A DNA stretch of 64,000 nucleotides from Spirochaetia bacterium (GCA_965203055.1 OZ241863.1:4416001-4480000); one strand, 5' to 3'. Shown: positions 40,694-50,063, counted from the first letter of the stretch. The notes: generated from the letters alone by a model not told the origin. Translations and numbers: made by a program.

Positions 40694-43390
40694 GTCTACC
40701 TCCCTGATCAGATAGTTCCTTACCCGGAGGGGCCGCCCGAGTACGCCGCTCTCTCCGCAGAGCCAAGCGCTGAGAATACCGCGATAACAATACTCGTGGT
40801 TATCCGTGAGCCGCCATACCTGCTCAGTACGTCGCTGACTCCTGCCGCCTCCATCACGGCGCGAACCGGATCGCTGGCGACTATCCCGGTACCAGGAGAG
40901 GCGGGCTCCAGCAGCACTGTGGTATCGCTGTATGAGCCCTTCATGGCGTGAGAGATTGTGTTTCCACGGCGGGGCACGGGTATCATCCTGCGTCGTGCGC
41001 GCTCGATACTCTTGCGGACAGCGTCGTTAGTGTCGTCCGACCTTCCGAATCCGTAACCGACGCGTCCCCCGCGATCGCCAACTACGACCAACGTGAATAT
41101 CACATACCGCGGACTGCCACTCGCGGTCTCCGTGGTGCGCCTCCAATCCACCAGCTTCGCAAGCCATCTGTCATCTTCGATGTTGCCCGAGGAAAGGATG
41201 TTGCCGCCGCGAAGCGCTGGGGGCGCCAGCAGTGAGCGTGCCTCGCGTCGTCTTGCAACGACAGGAGTCGCCACCGAACCGGATCTAATCCGCACCAAGT
41301 CAATCGCGTCCTGCGGATGACTTCGTGGACGTAGTCGAATAACGTTGTGCCTTCCGGGTTCGGCCAACGACGCGAAGGGCCTGCGCCATAGTCCAAGCTT
41401 ATCGAAGGGGTTCGGGATGATGTGACCCTTGAAGTCGATATCGGTCGGCTGTTCGGGACAGCGTACGATGATATGCGAAGCAGATTTATCTTGAGGGACG
41501 TCCAGTTCCGTACCAAGCAGCAAGGGATATTCCTTCCCCGTACTAGTGCGGACGAATATGGAGATTCCTGGAGGCGGGAATGTGAACGAGACAACTCTCC
41601 GGTCAACTGAGAAGGCAAGTATAGCGCGCAGATATCGCGCATCCTTTTGCAAGCTAAGCCGTCCGTCAGCCGTCCTTGTCAAGTGCTTAAGATGTGTCTT
41701 TGCAAGGTTTTCCGGAATCGATTCCGCATCGAACACAGCTTGGTCACGCAAGCCTCTGAGACTTGGCCAGTACCAGAATCCGTACCGATTCAGCGCCCGA
41801 TTCTGACTCTTGACGTGTAACGAAATCCTTACCTTACCGAACGGTCCGCGTGTGGGGAGGTTCAGTGGTGCAACAAGGTCTCCGCTGGGCCGTATGTGTA
41901 CGGGAATACGTGATATGAAGTGCATGCCGTATTCCAATTTGATCTCGAGGTTGTCGCTCAGGCCACTCACGTCTCCCCTCAGAACAACGGTACGGGGTTC
42001 TGCCAGAAGCAATCCGTCGGCGTGGCGTGCGACTCTGCAGCCGTCGACTTCCAGGTGAAGGCGGGGATCAACCTGAGCATTTAAGCAGGCGTCTCCTTGA
42101 GAAATGCACAAATCCTTCGAGCTCTCAGGATACAAGACGTACGCGTTCTGGCCAAGTTGATATGCGTCCTCTCCGTTGACCCGAAATAGCCGCATCGACA
42201 CCAGAGAGATCGAACCGGCGGGAATGCGCGGTACGCTGCGTGCTTGATGATTCAGCACTCCTTTGAGCCTGCCGGAGTCGCCATCGAACAGGAGAATGTC
42301 GGCTTGTGGATCTTTGAACAGCGGCAGGGACTGCCAGTTATTTCGCTCAGTGCTAGCCTGCCAGCGAACGCAACGCGGCCAGGGAGGTGACAAGACTGTG
42401 CCCTCTTGTGGATTCAAGGGTCTCGGCGGCTGGCTGGAATTGATGTCGACTTCAAGCGATTGCCCACGAGGCGCGGCTTCAATGCACAGCTCGCCGTCGC
42501 GGAACGTCAAGCAGGGTGGACGAGGCGCCGGACCATGTCCCCCGCTCAGTTCTTTGATTTCGTGGAGGACCCGGCGTTCGAAGTCGGTTGTGGGTTGGTC
42601 CCATTCTCGGAGTCGAACGTAGACGGTAGCGTGATAGCCGGTCGAATCCTCGCCAAGTATTTTGCGCAGCCTTGTCAAGTGTGTCGGAACGTGCTCCATC
42701 GCCTGCTCTTCCCATGACTTGACTTCAGCGGTGTCCTCGCAATCCGGCAGACCGGATTTTCGTTCGACACGCAGGAACGCGTCCACAAGCGGCCTGATCT
42801 GGCTGTGGGGAACACCAGCCTGAAACAGATAGTCGCCAATCAAGTCCTGCGTGCCGGGATACTTCGGCGGGAGTATGAGGCCATGTTCATTGCAGGCGCG
42901 TCGAAATCGATCATTGAAAGAGTCGCGGCGGTTCGTCGAGATCTCCATGCCGAGTCGGTGGGAGATCGGACCATAGCTCGCGTGGTCGGTATCCGGGCCG
43001 TATTGCTCCGCAAGAGTGGTTGCGACGGCCCAGACTGCGAGGAGGGGGTATTGTACGGTCACGTAATCAAGGAAGTTATCTGTTACTCCCCCGATTTCGG
43101 CTACTAGCGCGTGCTCGACGTCGCTGCGCATCGGCTCCGGTATGTCGTGGTGACCGATGAAGGGCGATCCATGTTCCCGTGCCAAGTGCCTTCGCAGTCT
43201 CTGTTCGGCTCCGGCGAGGGCCGCCATCCGCATCTCGTAGCTGGTTGGCATCGGTGGTATTGACTGTCCCGACCATGAGCCACTGGCGTCGTGGCCAAGT
43301 GACATTACCATAGTATTGATCGCTTTCCGGCGCAACCGGCGGTCAGCCGCCGCAGGCGGCAGATGTCCCGGTGTGCGCCGCACTGGTTGT
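35796..43390. other. Lower-GC two-gene insert splitting the suf operon
   Basis: Antisense orientation and weaker GC3 bias than the flanking suf genes; lies between sufC and sufD; no integrase or transposase inside. Confidence 0.75.
40720..43311 (-). CDS. Large helicase-partner protein (DruH-like position) with a C-terminal diverged ribosomal protein uS5 domain; start uncertain (43383, 43311 or 43251)
   Basis: Single open frame immediately upstream of the helicase; last ~140 aa align by eye with uS5 (VVVGD..GRVGYGFG...A.RKS.E.ARR.M...T..H..KG.....V.L.PASPGTGI.A...RAV.EAAGV.DVL...GS). Confidence 0.85.
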   Translation of the reverse strand: MVMSLGHDASGSWSGQSIPPMPTSYEMRMAALAGAEQRLRRHLAREHGSPFIGHHDIPEPMRSDVEHALVAEIGGVTDNFLDYVTVQYPLLAVWAVATTLAEQYGPDTDHASYGPISHRLGMEISTNRRDSFNDRFRRACNEHGLILPPKYPGTQDLIGDYLFQAGVPHSQIRPLVDAFLRVERKSGLPDCEDTAEVKSWEEQAMEHVPTHLTRLRKILGEDSTGYHATVYVRLREWDQPTTDFERRVLHEIKELSGGHGPAPRPPCLTFRDGELCIEAAPRGQSLEVDINSSQPPRPLNPQEGTVLSPPWPRCVRWQASTERNNWQSLPLFKDPQADILLFDGDSGRLKGVLNHQARSVPRIPAGSISLVSMRLFRVNGEDAYQLGQNAYVLYPESSKDLCISQGDACLNAQVDPRLHLEVDGCRVARHADGLLLAEPRTVVLRGDVSGLSDNLEIKLEYGMHFISRIPVHIRPSGDLVAPLNLPTRGPFGKVRISLHVKSQNRALNRYGFWYWPSLRGLRDQAVFDAESIPENLAKTHLKHLTRTADGRLSLQKDARYLRAILAFSVDRRVVSFTFPPPGISIFVRTSTGKEYPLLLGTELDVPQDKSASHIIVRCPEQPTDIDFKGHIIPNPFDKLGLWRRPFASLAEPGRHNVIRLRPRSHPQDAIDLVRIRSGSVATPVVARRREARSLLAPPALRGGNILSSGNIEDDRWLAKLVDWRRTTETASGSPRYVIFTLVVVGDRGGRVGYGFGRSDDTNDAVRKSIERARRRMIPVPRRGNTISHAMKGSYSDTTVLLEPASPGTGIVASDPVRAVMEAAGVSDVLSRYGGSRITTSIVIAVFSALGSAERAAYSGGPSG

Positions 43391-43392
43391 TC

Positions 43393-43449
43393 TTGACCGC
43401 ACGGCGGGCGCGCGCGTATGTTCTAAATAAGACTTGGCAAGTCCTATTT
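43393..43449 (+). promoter_or_regulatory. Second sigma70-type promoter plus Rrf2/IscR-like operator upstream of sufD
   Basis: TTGACC(43393)-18 bp-TATGTT(43417), followed by AAATAAGAC-N7-GTCCTATTT (43425-43449), the same architecture as 32970-32994. Confidence 0.75.
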
Positions 43450-43568
43450 CGTACGGTACACGGTGGGTCAGGCAGAGGCATGGAGATGACAGTCCGCAGC
43501 AGGGGTTTACGCACCGATAAGGCGCGCCGCGTCGCCGCAGGCGGCGCCGGTAACGGAGTGGGGCGCTG

Positions 43569-45017
43569 ATGGCGGCAAGGAGCGCCGCGTCCGAACAAGG
43601 CGCGGCCGAACGCCCGGCGGTTCCCCATAACGGGAACGTTGCGCCCTACGTGGAGCAGTTCCGGCGGCTGTACCGGGAGCAGGGCGCCGGGCTGGCGGTG
43701 GACGCCGCCGACTCGGCGACACGGACCGAGGCGCTGGAGGAGCTGAGCGCCTTCGGCTTCCCGCTACGCCGCGACGAGGAGTGGGCGCACACGCCGGTGC
43801 GGACGGTGGTAGAAACGGCTTACCGGCTGGGCGGGGGGGCAGCCGCGGCGAAAGTGTCTGCCGGCGGCGTCGCCGTGGCACTGGTCGAGGAGGACCCGAT
43901 CGCGTTGCTCACGGTGAACGGCGTGGTAAGCAACGGCCGGCTGGGGAACGGCCTGCCCGCGGCCGGCGTAAGTATCGGCAGTGAAAGGAGCCTGGCTGCA
44001 ACGGCTAGTATCGGTACGGGCGGGGGCATTGTCCGATCCGACGGCGCCGCAACGGTAAACACTTTCACCCGGCCCACCGGCGATGCGTTCACCAAGTTGG
44101 CGCGCGTATTCGGCAACCGGGTAGACCTGGGGTTGGATGCCGATGCGAGCGCAGCGCCGGTTCATCTGGTGCACCTCACCGAAGCCGGGGTGTTGAGCGC
44201 GCCGCGGGTGCGGCTGCAGGTCGCGGCCGGCGCGCGGGTGACGCTGGTGGAGACGTTTGCCGCGGCGAACGGCGAGCCGGAGGCGGGCGCGCCCTCCCTG
44301 ACCTGCGGTGATACGGAGATTTACCTCGGCGCCGGGGCGGAGCTGACCTACGTGCGGGTGCAGGCCGCGGCGGAAGGCGCCTTCGATCTTGGCAGCACCA
44401 CGGTGGTGCAGGAGCGGGACAGCGAGCTGCGCGCGCTGAGCGTGGCGGCTGGCGCGCGGCTGGCGCGCCATACCCTCAACGTGCTGGCGGCCGGGCCGGG
44501 CACCTCCAGCCGGCTGGGCGGGGCCGGCGTGGCCGGCGGCGGCGGTGCGGGGAACGCCCCGGCCGCTACGCCGCAGGTGATCGACAACCACATCTACCTG
44601 GAGCACGCCGCGCCGAGCTGCACCAGCCGCCAGTTGTACAAGATGGTGCTGGGCGGCGGCGGCCACGGCGTGTTCTCCGGGCGCATCCTGGTACGTCCGG
44701 CCGCGCAGCAGACCGACGCGTTCCAGCTCAACCAGAACCTGCTGCTGGACGATGCGGTGGTCGACACCAAGCCGCAGCTCGAGATCGGCGCGGACGACGT
44801 GCGCTGCACCCACGGCGCCACTACCGGGCGCCTGAACGAGGACCAGATGTTCTACCTGCAGACCCGCGGCGTGCCCCGGGCCGCGGCCGGGCAGATGCTG
44901 GCGCGCGGTTTCCTGGACGAGGTGGTGGGCGAGCTGCCGGCTGAGGCGCTGCGCCCGCGCCTGCTGGCGCTGCTGCACCGCCGCCTGGACCGCCTCGCGT
45001 GGAACGCGCCGGCATGA
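43569..45017 (+). CDS. sufD: Fe-S cluster assembly protein SufD
   Basis: GFP..RDEEW..T, H....C.S.QLYK.VL....GVF.G.I.V...AQQTDA.Q.N.NLLL, TKPQLEI.ADDVRCTHGAT.G. Confidence 0.95.
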   Translation: MAARSAASEQGAAERPAVPHNGNVAPYVEQFRRLYREQGAGLAVDAADSATRTEALEELSAFGFPLRRDEEWAHTPVRTVVETAYRLGGGAAAAKVSAGGVAVALVEEDPIALLTVNGVVSNGRLGNGLPAAGVSIGSERSLAATASIGTGGGIVRSDGAATVNTFTRPTGDAFTKLARVFGNRVDLGLDADASAAPVHLVHLTEAGVLSAPRVRLQVAAGARVTLVETFAAANGEPEAGAPSLTCGDTEIYLGAGAELTYVRVQAAAEGAFDLGSTTVVQERDSELRALSVAAGARLARHTLNVLAAGPGTSSRLGGAGVAGGGGAGNAPAATPQVIDNHIYLEHAAPSCTSRQLYKMVLGGGGHGVFSGRILVRPAAQQTDAFQLNQNLLLDDAVVDTKPQLEIGADDVRCTHGATTGRLNEDQMFYLQTRGVPRAAAGQMLARGFLDEVVGELPAEALRPRLLALLHRRLDRLAWNAPA

Positions 45018-46267
45018 GCGCCGCCACCCGCGCGCCGGCGGCGGCCCCGGCGCTGGACGTCGCCGCCATCCGCGCCCAGTTCCCGGTGCTCGCCCGGCAG
45101 GTGCACGGCAAGCCGCTGGCCTACCTCGACAACGCCGCCACCACGCTGAAGCCGCAGGCAGTGATCGAGCGCCTGCACCGGCACTACGCGGCCGAGACCG
45201 CCAACATCCACCGCGGCGTCCACTACCTGAGCGAGCAGGCCACCGCCGCCTACGAGCAGACCCGGGAGCGGGTACGGGCGTTTCTCGGCGCCGCCGAGCC
45301 GGAGGAGATCATCTTCACCAGCGGCACCACCGACTCGATCAACCAGGTGGCGCTGGCCTGGGGCGGCGCCAACCTGGGCCCCGGCGACGAGGTGGTGATC
45401 ACCTGGATGGAGCACCACTCCAACATCGTGCCGTGGCAGATGCTGGCCGAGCGCACCGGCGCGGTGTTGCGCGTGGCGCCGATTTCCGACCGCGGCGAGT
45501 TGCAGTGGGAGTCTCTGCTGGAGCTGCTCGGGCCGCGCACCAGGCTGCTGGCGGCGGTGCACGTGTCCAACTCGCTGGGCACGATCAACCCGGCCACGGA
45601 GCTGGTGCGGGCCGGCCACGCGGTGGGCGCGCGGGTGCTGCTGGACGGCGCCCAGGCCGCGGCGCACCTGCCGGTCGACGTGAGGGAACTGGACGTGGAC
45701 TTCTACTGCTGCTCCGGGCACAAGCTGTTCGGCCCGACCGGCACCGGCGTGCTGTACGGCAAGCGCGAACTGCTGGAGGCGATGCCGCCGGTGCGCGGCG
45801 GCGGCGAGATGATCAAGTCGGTCACCTTCGCCAAGACCACGTACGCCGACCTGCCGAACCGGCTGGAACCGGGCACCCCGCACATCGCCGGCGTGATCGG
45901 GCTGGGCGCGGCGCTGGAGTGGATCTCGAACCTCGGTCTGGAGCGCATCCGCCGCCACGAGGAGGAGTTGCTGGCGGAAGCCGAGGCCGCGCTGCGCGCG
46001 ATCGAAGGGGTGCGCATCATCGGCAACGCGGCGCGCAAGTCGGCGATCCTCTCCTTCACCGTGGGCGACGTGCATGCCCACGACGTCGGCACCATCGCCG
46101 ACCGCGAGGGAGTGGCGCTGCGTACCGGCCACCACTGCACCCAGCCGGTAATGGAGCGGTTCGGGGTGCCCGCCACCGCGCGCGCGGCGTTCTCGGTATA
46201 CAACGACCGTTCCGACGTGGCGGCGCTGGCGCGCGCGGTCGACAAGGTGCGCGAGGTGTTCGGATGA
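45014..46267 (+). CDS. sufS: Cysteine desulfurase SufS
   Basis: YLDNAATT, NIHRG, MEHHSN, DGAQ, SGHK.FGPTG, RTGHHC. Confidence 0.97.
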   Translation: MSAATRAPAAAPALDVAAIRAQFPVLARQVHGKPLAYLDNAATTLKPQAVIERLHRHYAAETANIHRGVHYLSEQATAAYEQTRERVRAFLGAAEPEEIIFTSGTTDSINQVALAWGGANLGPGDEVVITWMEHHSNIVPWQMLAERTGAVLRVAPISDRGELQWESLLELLGPRTRLLAAVHVSNSLGTINPATELVRAGHAVGARVLLDGAQAAAHLPVDVRELDVDFYCCSGHKLFGPTGTGVLYGKRELLEAMPPVRGGGEMIKSVTFAKTTYADLPNRLEPGTPHIAGVIGLGAALEWISNLGLERIRRHEEELLAEAEAALRAIEGVRIIGNAARKSAILSFTVGDVHAHDVGTIADREGVALRTGHHCTQPVMERFGVPATARAAFSVYNDRSDVAALARAVDKVREVFG

Positions 46268-46758
46268 GCATTCCGGCCAGCGAGCTGTATCAGCAGGTGA
46301 TCCTCGATCATAACCGCACTCCGCGCAACTGGGGCGCGCTGGAGCAGCACACCCACCACGCCGAGGGGCACAACCCCCTGTGCGGCGACCGCTACGTGGT
46401 GGCGGTCAGGCTGGCTGCCGACGGCACCATCGCCGACCTCCGCTTCCAGGGTTCGGGGTGCGCCATTTCCAAGGCCTCGGCAAGCATGATGACCGACGCG
46501 GTGAAGGGCCGCCCGCGGGCCGTTGCGGAACGGCTCGTGGAGCAGTTCCGCGGGCTGGTGACCGGCGCCCTGGACCCGGCGCGCGACCCGCACCAGCTCG
46601 GCAAGCTCAAGGTGTTCAGCGGCGTCCGCCAGTTTCCCGCGCGGGTGAAGTGCGCCCTGCTGCCTTGGCACACGCTGCGCAGCGCTCTCGACGGTCATGG
46701 CCGGGCCACCACCGAGGCCGCGCCGGACTCTTCCACAAAACGAACCAAGGAGCAGTGA
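46264..46758 (+). CDS. sufU: SUF system NifU-family protein SufU
   Basis: LYQQVILDH, NPLCGD, GCAISKAS, PARVKCA.L.W. Confidence 0.95.
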   Translation: MSIPASELYQQVILDHNRTPRNWGALEQHTHHAEGHNPLCGDRYVVAVRLAADGTIADLRFQGSGCAISKASASMMTDAVKGRPRAVAERLVEQFRGLVTGALDPARDPHQLGKLKVFSGVRQFPARVKCALLPWHTLRSALDGHGRATTEAAPDSSTKRTKEQ

Positions 46759-46759
46759 C

Positions 46760-47332
46760 ATGGGCGTGGCGATTCTGACCCAATTCACCCCCAACCCGAA
46801 CGCGATGAAGTTCATCCTCAACCGCGACGTGAAGTCCACCGGCAAGGTGACCTTCCGCAGCACCGAGGAGGCGGCCGGCATCACGCTGGTCGAGGCGCTG
46901 TTCTCCCTCGTCGTGGTCGAGCAGGTGCACCTGTTCGAGAACGTGGTCACGGTGACCAAGGTCGAGCAGGCGCCGTGGGAGGACGTCGCCGACTGGGTCA
47001 AGGAGGTGCTGGGCAACCACGTCGAGGAGCACGACCCCGACTTCGAGGTGGATGCCGCCGGCAGCGGCGGGCCGGTGAGCCACGTGCGCGCCGACCAGCC
47101 GCCCGAAGTGCAGCGGATCGAGGAGGTGCTGGACCGTACCGTGCGCCCCTATCTGCAGGGCGACGGCGGCGACCTGGACGTGCTGGCCTTCGAGAACAAC
47201 CGCGTGGTGGTGAACTACGTCGGCGCCTGCGGCACCTGCCCGGCATCGGTGTCGGGTACCCTGCAGGCCGTCCAGAGCGTGCTGCGCGACGAAGTAAACC
47301 CCGAAATCGAAGTAGTATCCGCCGCCGGCTGA
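46760..47332 (+). CDS. NifU/Nfu family Fe-S carrier (Nfu_N + NifU domains)
   Basis: TPNPNAMKF, VRPYLQGDGGD, GACGTCP. Confidence 0.92.
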   Translation: MGVAILTQFTPNPNAMKFILNRDVKSTGKVTFRSTEEAAGITLVEALFSLVVVEQVHLFENVVTVTKVEQAPWEDVADWVKEVLGNHVEEHDPDFEVDAAGSGGPVSHVRADQPPEVQRIEEVLDRTVRPYLQGDGGDLDVLAFENNRVVVNYVGACGTCPASVSGTLQAVQSVLRDEVNPEIEVVSAAG

Positions 47333-47413
47333 GCGACTGAGCCGGCCAACGGCGGCTTCGAGAACTGAGCGCAATACGGGGGCTGGTTCGAGCACGGCAA
47401 GACACGGTGAGAG

Positions 47414-48550
47414 ATGAGTACACCGGCGATATTTGGGCGGCTGGATGAGGCGGGGATAGCCGTACGCTTGGCGAGTTATTCGGCGTTGGACCGGTACTTC
47501 GCCGGACCGGGGCGGAACGGCGCCGCGGGCGTGCTGTACGTCACCGCCGATGCCACGCTGGCCGAGCTGGCGCGGGTGTTCGACGAGTTGCAGTTTGGCG
47601 GTTACCCGCTGGCCGACGCGGTCGCCGTGCATGCGGGGACCCGGCTGTGCGTGCGCTGCAGCGACAGCGCGGAGTCGAACGGCTATCCCTTCACCGTGCT
47701 GGACCTGCAGTTCGACCCGCGGCGCGAGGTGTTCCTCGATCCGCGCGGGGTGTACGGCGACCTGCGCAAGGAGGCATTGGTGGCGCGCGCCAGCGGCTTG
47801 GCGTGGTGGCAGGTGATCGCCGAGGCGGCGCAGGCCGTTTCCCGCTATCACTTTACCGCCGACCTGGAGCGCGCGTTGCTGCCGGGGCCGGCGCCGCCGG
47901 TGCCGGCGGCCTATCAGCGCCACCTGCTGGAGGGGATTCTGACCAGCGCCGCGCCGGCCAAGGGGCTGCGGTTGCTGCATGAGAGCGGCATCGTGGCCAG
48001 TTGGTGGCCGGAGCTGGCGGCGCTGGCGGCGGTCCCGCACACCAAGGACTACCACCCGGAAGGAGACGTCTGGGAGCACACCCTGGCTACCTTCGCCCAC
48101 CGCAAGGAACCCGACCTGGTGCTGTCGCTGGGGCTGCTGCTGCACGACGCCGGCAAACCGCGCGCGGTGCCGCAGGGCGACAAGCGCTTCTTCGCCCACG
48201 CCGAGATCGGCGCCGGGGTGGCCCGGCGCTTCCTGCGCCGGCTGGGGTTCGCGCCCGACCTCGTCGCCGCGGTGGAGTTTCTGGGGCGCAACCACATGCT
48301 GCCGGCCGCCCTCGGCCGGGTGCGCGCGGAGCATGCCGAGGAGCTGATGGAGTCGCCCCTGTTCCCGCGCCTGCTGGAGCTGTACCGCGCCGACATGCTG
48401 GCCACCTTCGCCAGCCCGGAGCCCTACTACCAGGCCTGCCGCCTCTACCAGCGCCACCTGCGCGGGCGCCCGCTCCCGCAGCGCACCGCCGCCGCGTCGC
48501 GCCGGCGCGGCCCCCGTCCCCGCCCGCGCGCCCGCCGCTTCCGGGGATGA
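47414..48550 (+). CDS. HD-domain protein related to CCA-adding enzyme/poly(A) polymerase, with a degenerate head domain
   Basis: FTV, DP.G...DL, PEL..L..V....YHPEGDVWEHT, LLHDAGK, F.AHA..GA, NHM; no clear DxD catalytic motif. Confidence 0.75.
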   Translation: MSTPAIFGRLDEAGIAVRLASYSALDRYFAGPGRNGAAGVLYVTADATLAELARVFDELQFGGYPLADAVAVHAGTRLCVRCSDSAESNGYPFTVLDLQFDPRREVFLDPRGVYGDLRKEALVARASGLAWWQVIAEAAQAVSRYHFTADLERALLPGPAPPVPAAYQRHLLEGILTSAAPAKGLRLLHESGIVASWWPELAALAAVPHTKDYHPEGDVWEHTLATFAHRKEPDLVLSLGLLLHDAGKPRAVPQGDKRFFAHAEIGAGVARRFLRRLGFAPDLVAAVEFLGRNHMLPAALGRVRAEHAEELMESPLFPRLLELYRADMLATFASPEPYYQACRLYQRHLRGRPLPQRTAAASRRRGPRPRPRARRFRG

Positions 48551-48674
48551 TCTGCCGTAGTGGCGAGCTGCGGCGGTCGGCTGCTGCCTCCGCGCCCGGC
48601 CGACTACCCGGCGCCGCCGGGCGGGAGCTGGATGGTGCGTCCTCCGCCCGGGTGGGCAGCTTGGCCGGTGCGCC

Positions 48675-50030
48675 TCACCGGCCGGCGGGCGCGGCGGAAC
48701 TTCGTTCCAGGATGAAGGCGCGCAGCTCCGGGAAGCTCGGCGCCAGCGGCGTGGCCTGCTTGGGCCGCTCCAGGAGTTCTTGCAGCGGCGCCGGTACGGG
48801 CGGCGTGACGCCGGTAGCGCGACGCACCGTTTCCGGAAACTTGCCGGCATCGGCGGTAGCCAGCACCACGACCGGGGCGCGCTCGCCGCCGGGAGCCGCG
48901 GCCGCGCGCAGCCGGCGGGCGGCGGCAATGCCCACCGCGGTGTGCGGGTCCACCAGCCGCCCGTCATCCTCGTACACCTGCCGGATGGTGGCCAAGGTCT
49001 CGGCGTCGCTCACCGCGCAGCCCCGCAGTCCGGCCTGGAGCGCCGCCGGATCGTTGTTCCAGCGCGCCCGGATGCGCTCGAAGTTGGATGGTTCGCCGAC
49101 GTCCATGGCGTTGGACAGCGTCGCGAAGCTGGCATGGGGGCGCCACGCGCCGGTCTGCAAGTACTGCGGCACCACGTCGTTGCGATTGGTGGCGGCCCAG
49201 AAGCCGGCGACCGGCAGCCCCCACTGCGCGGCGTATACCCCCGCGGTCAGGTTGCCGAAGTTGCCGCTGGGAACGCAGAAGCGGGGCCGGCCGCGGGCGC
49301 GCAGCCGCAGGCCGGCGAAGACGTAGTAGAACGCCTGCGGCAGCAGGCGGCCGAGATTGATCGAGTTGGCCGCGCACAGCCGCGCCGCCGCCACCAGCGC
49401 GGAATCGGCCAGGGCGCGCTTCACCAGCCGCTGGCAATCGTCGAACGAGCCGGCGACCTCCAGGGCGTGAACGTTGTCCCCCAGGGCGGTGAGCTGCTGC
49501 TCCTGCAGGCGGCTGATACGGCCGGACGGATAGAGCAGCACCACCTCGACGCCGGCGCGCCGCCAGAACGCGCGCGCCACCGCGCCGCCGGTGTCGCCGG
49601 AAGTGGCCACCAGCACCACGGCCCGGGTGCCGCCGGAGTCCCCGCCCAGTCCCTGCTCCAGCAGGGTTGCCAGGAAGGCGGCGCCGAAGTCCTTGAACGC
49701 GCAGGTCGGGCCGTGAAACAGCTCCAGCAGGGCGATGTCGTCGCTGAGCCAGCTCACCGCCGGGGCAAAGGGAAACGCGGTCTGGGCCAGCGCGCGCGCC
49801 GCGCCCGCGGGCCCGGCGCCGCGCCCGGCCAGCTCCTCGGCGAACAGCGCCGCGCCAAGCGCCGCCGCCACCTCTACGAACGGCGCCTGATCCGGGAGGG
49901 CGGCGATCTCCCGCCGCAGGTCCGGCGCCGGCGCCGGCTGGTAGAGGCCGCCATCGGGCGGCAGTCCGGCCAGCAGCGAGGCGCTGAACGACAGCCGCGC
50001 CGCGGCGTTGCGGGTAGAGCAGACCTGCAC
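48675..50030 (-). CDS. thrC: Threonine synthase
   Basis: GLPPDGGLY, ELFHGPT.AFKDFG, ATSGDTG, ANSIN.GR, VPSGNFGN, DPHTA. Confidence 0.96.
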   Translation of the reverse strand: MQVCSTRNAAARLSFSASLLAGLPPDGGLYQPAPAPDLRREIAALPDQAPFVEVAAALGAALFAEELAGRGAGPAGAARALAQTAFPFAPAVSWLSDDIALLELFHGPTCAFKDFGAAFLATLLEQGLGGDSGGTRAVVLVATSGDTGGAVARAFWRRAGVEVVLLYPSGRISRLQEQQLTALGDNVHALEVAGSFDDCQRLVKRALADSALVAAARLCAANSINLGRLLPQAFYYVFAGLRLRARGRPRFCVPSGNFGNLTAGVYAAQWGLPVAGFWAATNRNDVVPQYLQTGAWRPHASFATLSNAMDVGEPSNFERIRARWNNDPAALQAGLRGCAVSDAETLATIRQVYEDDGRLVDPHTAVGIAAARRLRAAAAPGGERAPVVVLATADAGKFPETVRRATGVTPPVPAPLQELLERPKQATPLAPSFPELRAFILERSSAAPAGR

Positions 50031-50063
50031 GCTAGCGGCGTTCCTCGCGCCGGCGGCGCTCCC

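Noticed and set aside
40720..41170. Calling this the genuine rpsE gene
   Set aside because: Fused in frame to a large protein, no own start or RBS, no spc-operon context, and rRNA-contacting motifs altered
35796..43390. Transposon, prophage or ICE identity for the insert
   Set aside because: No integrase, transposase, terminal inverted repeats or phage genes seen
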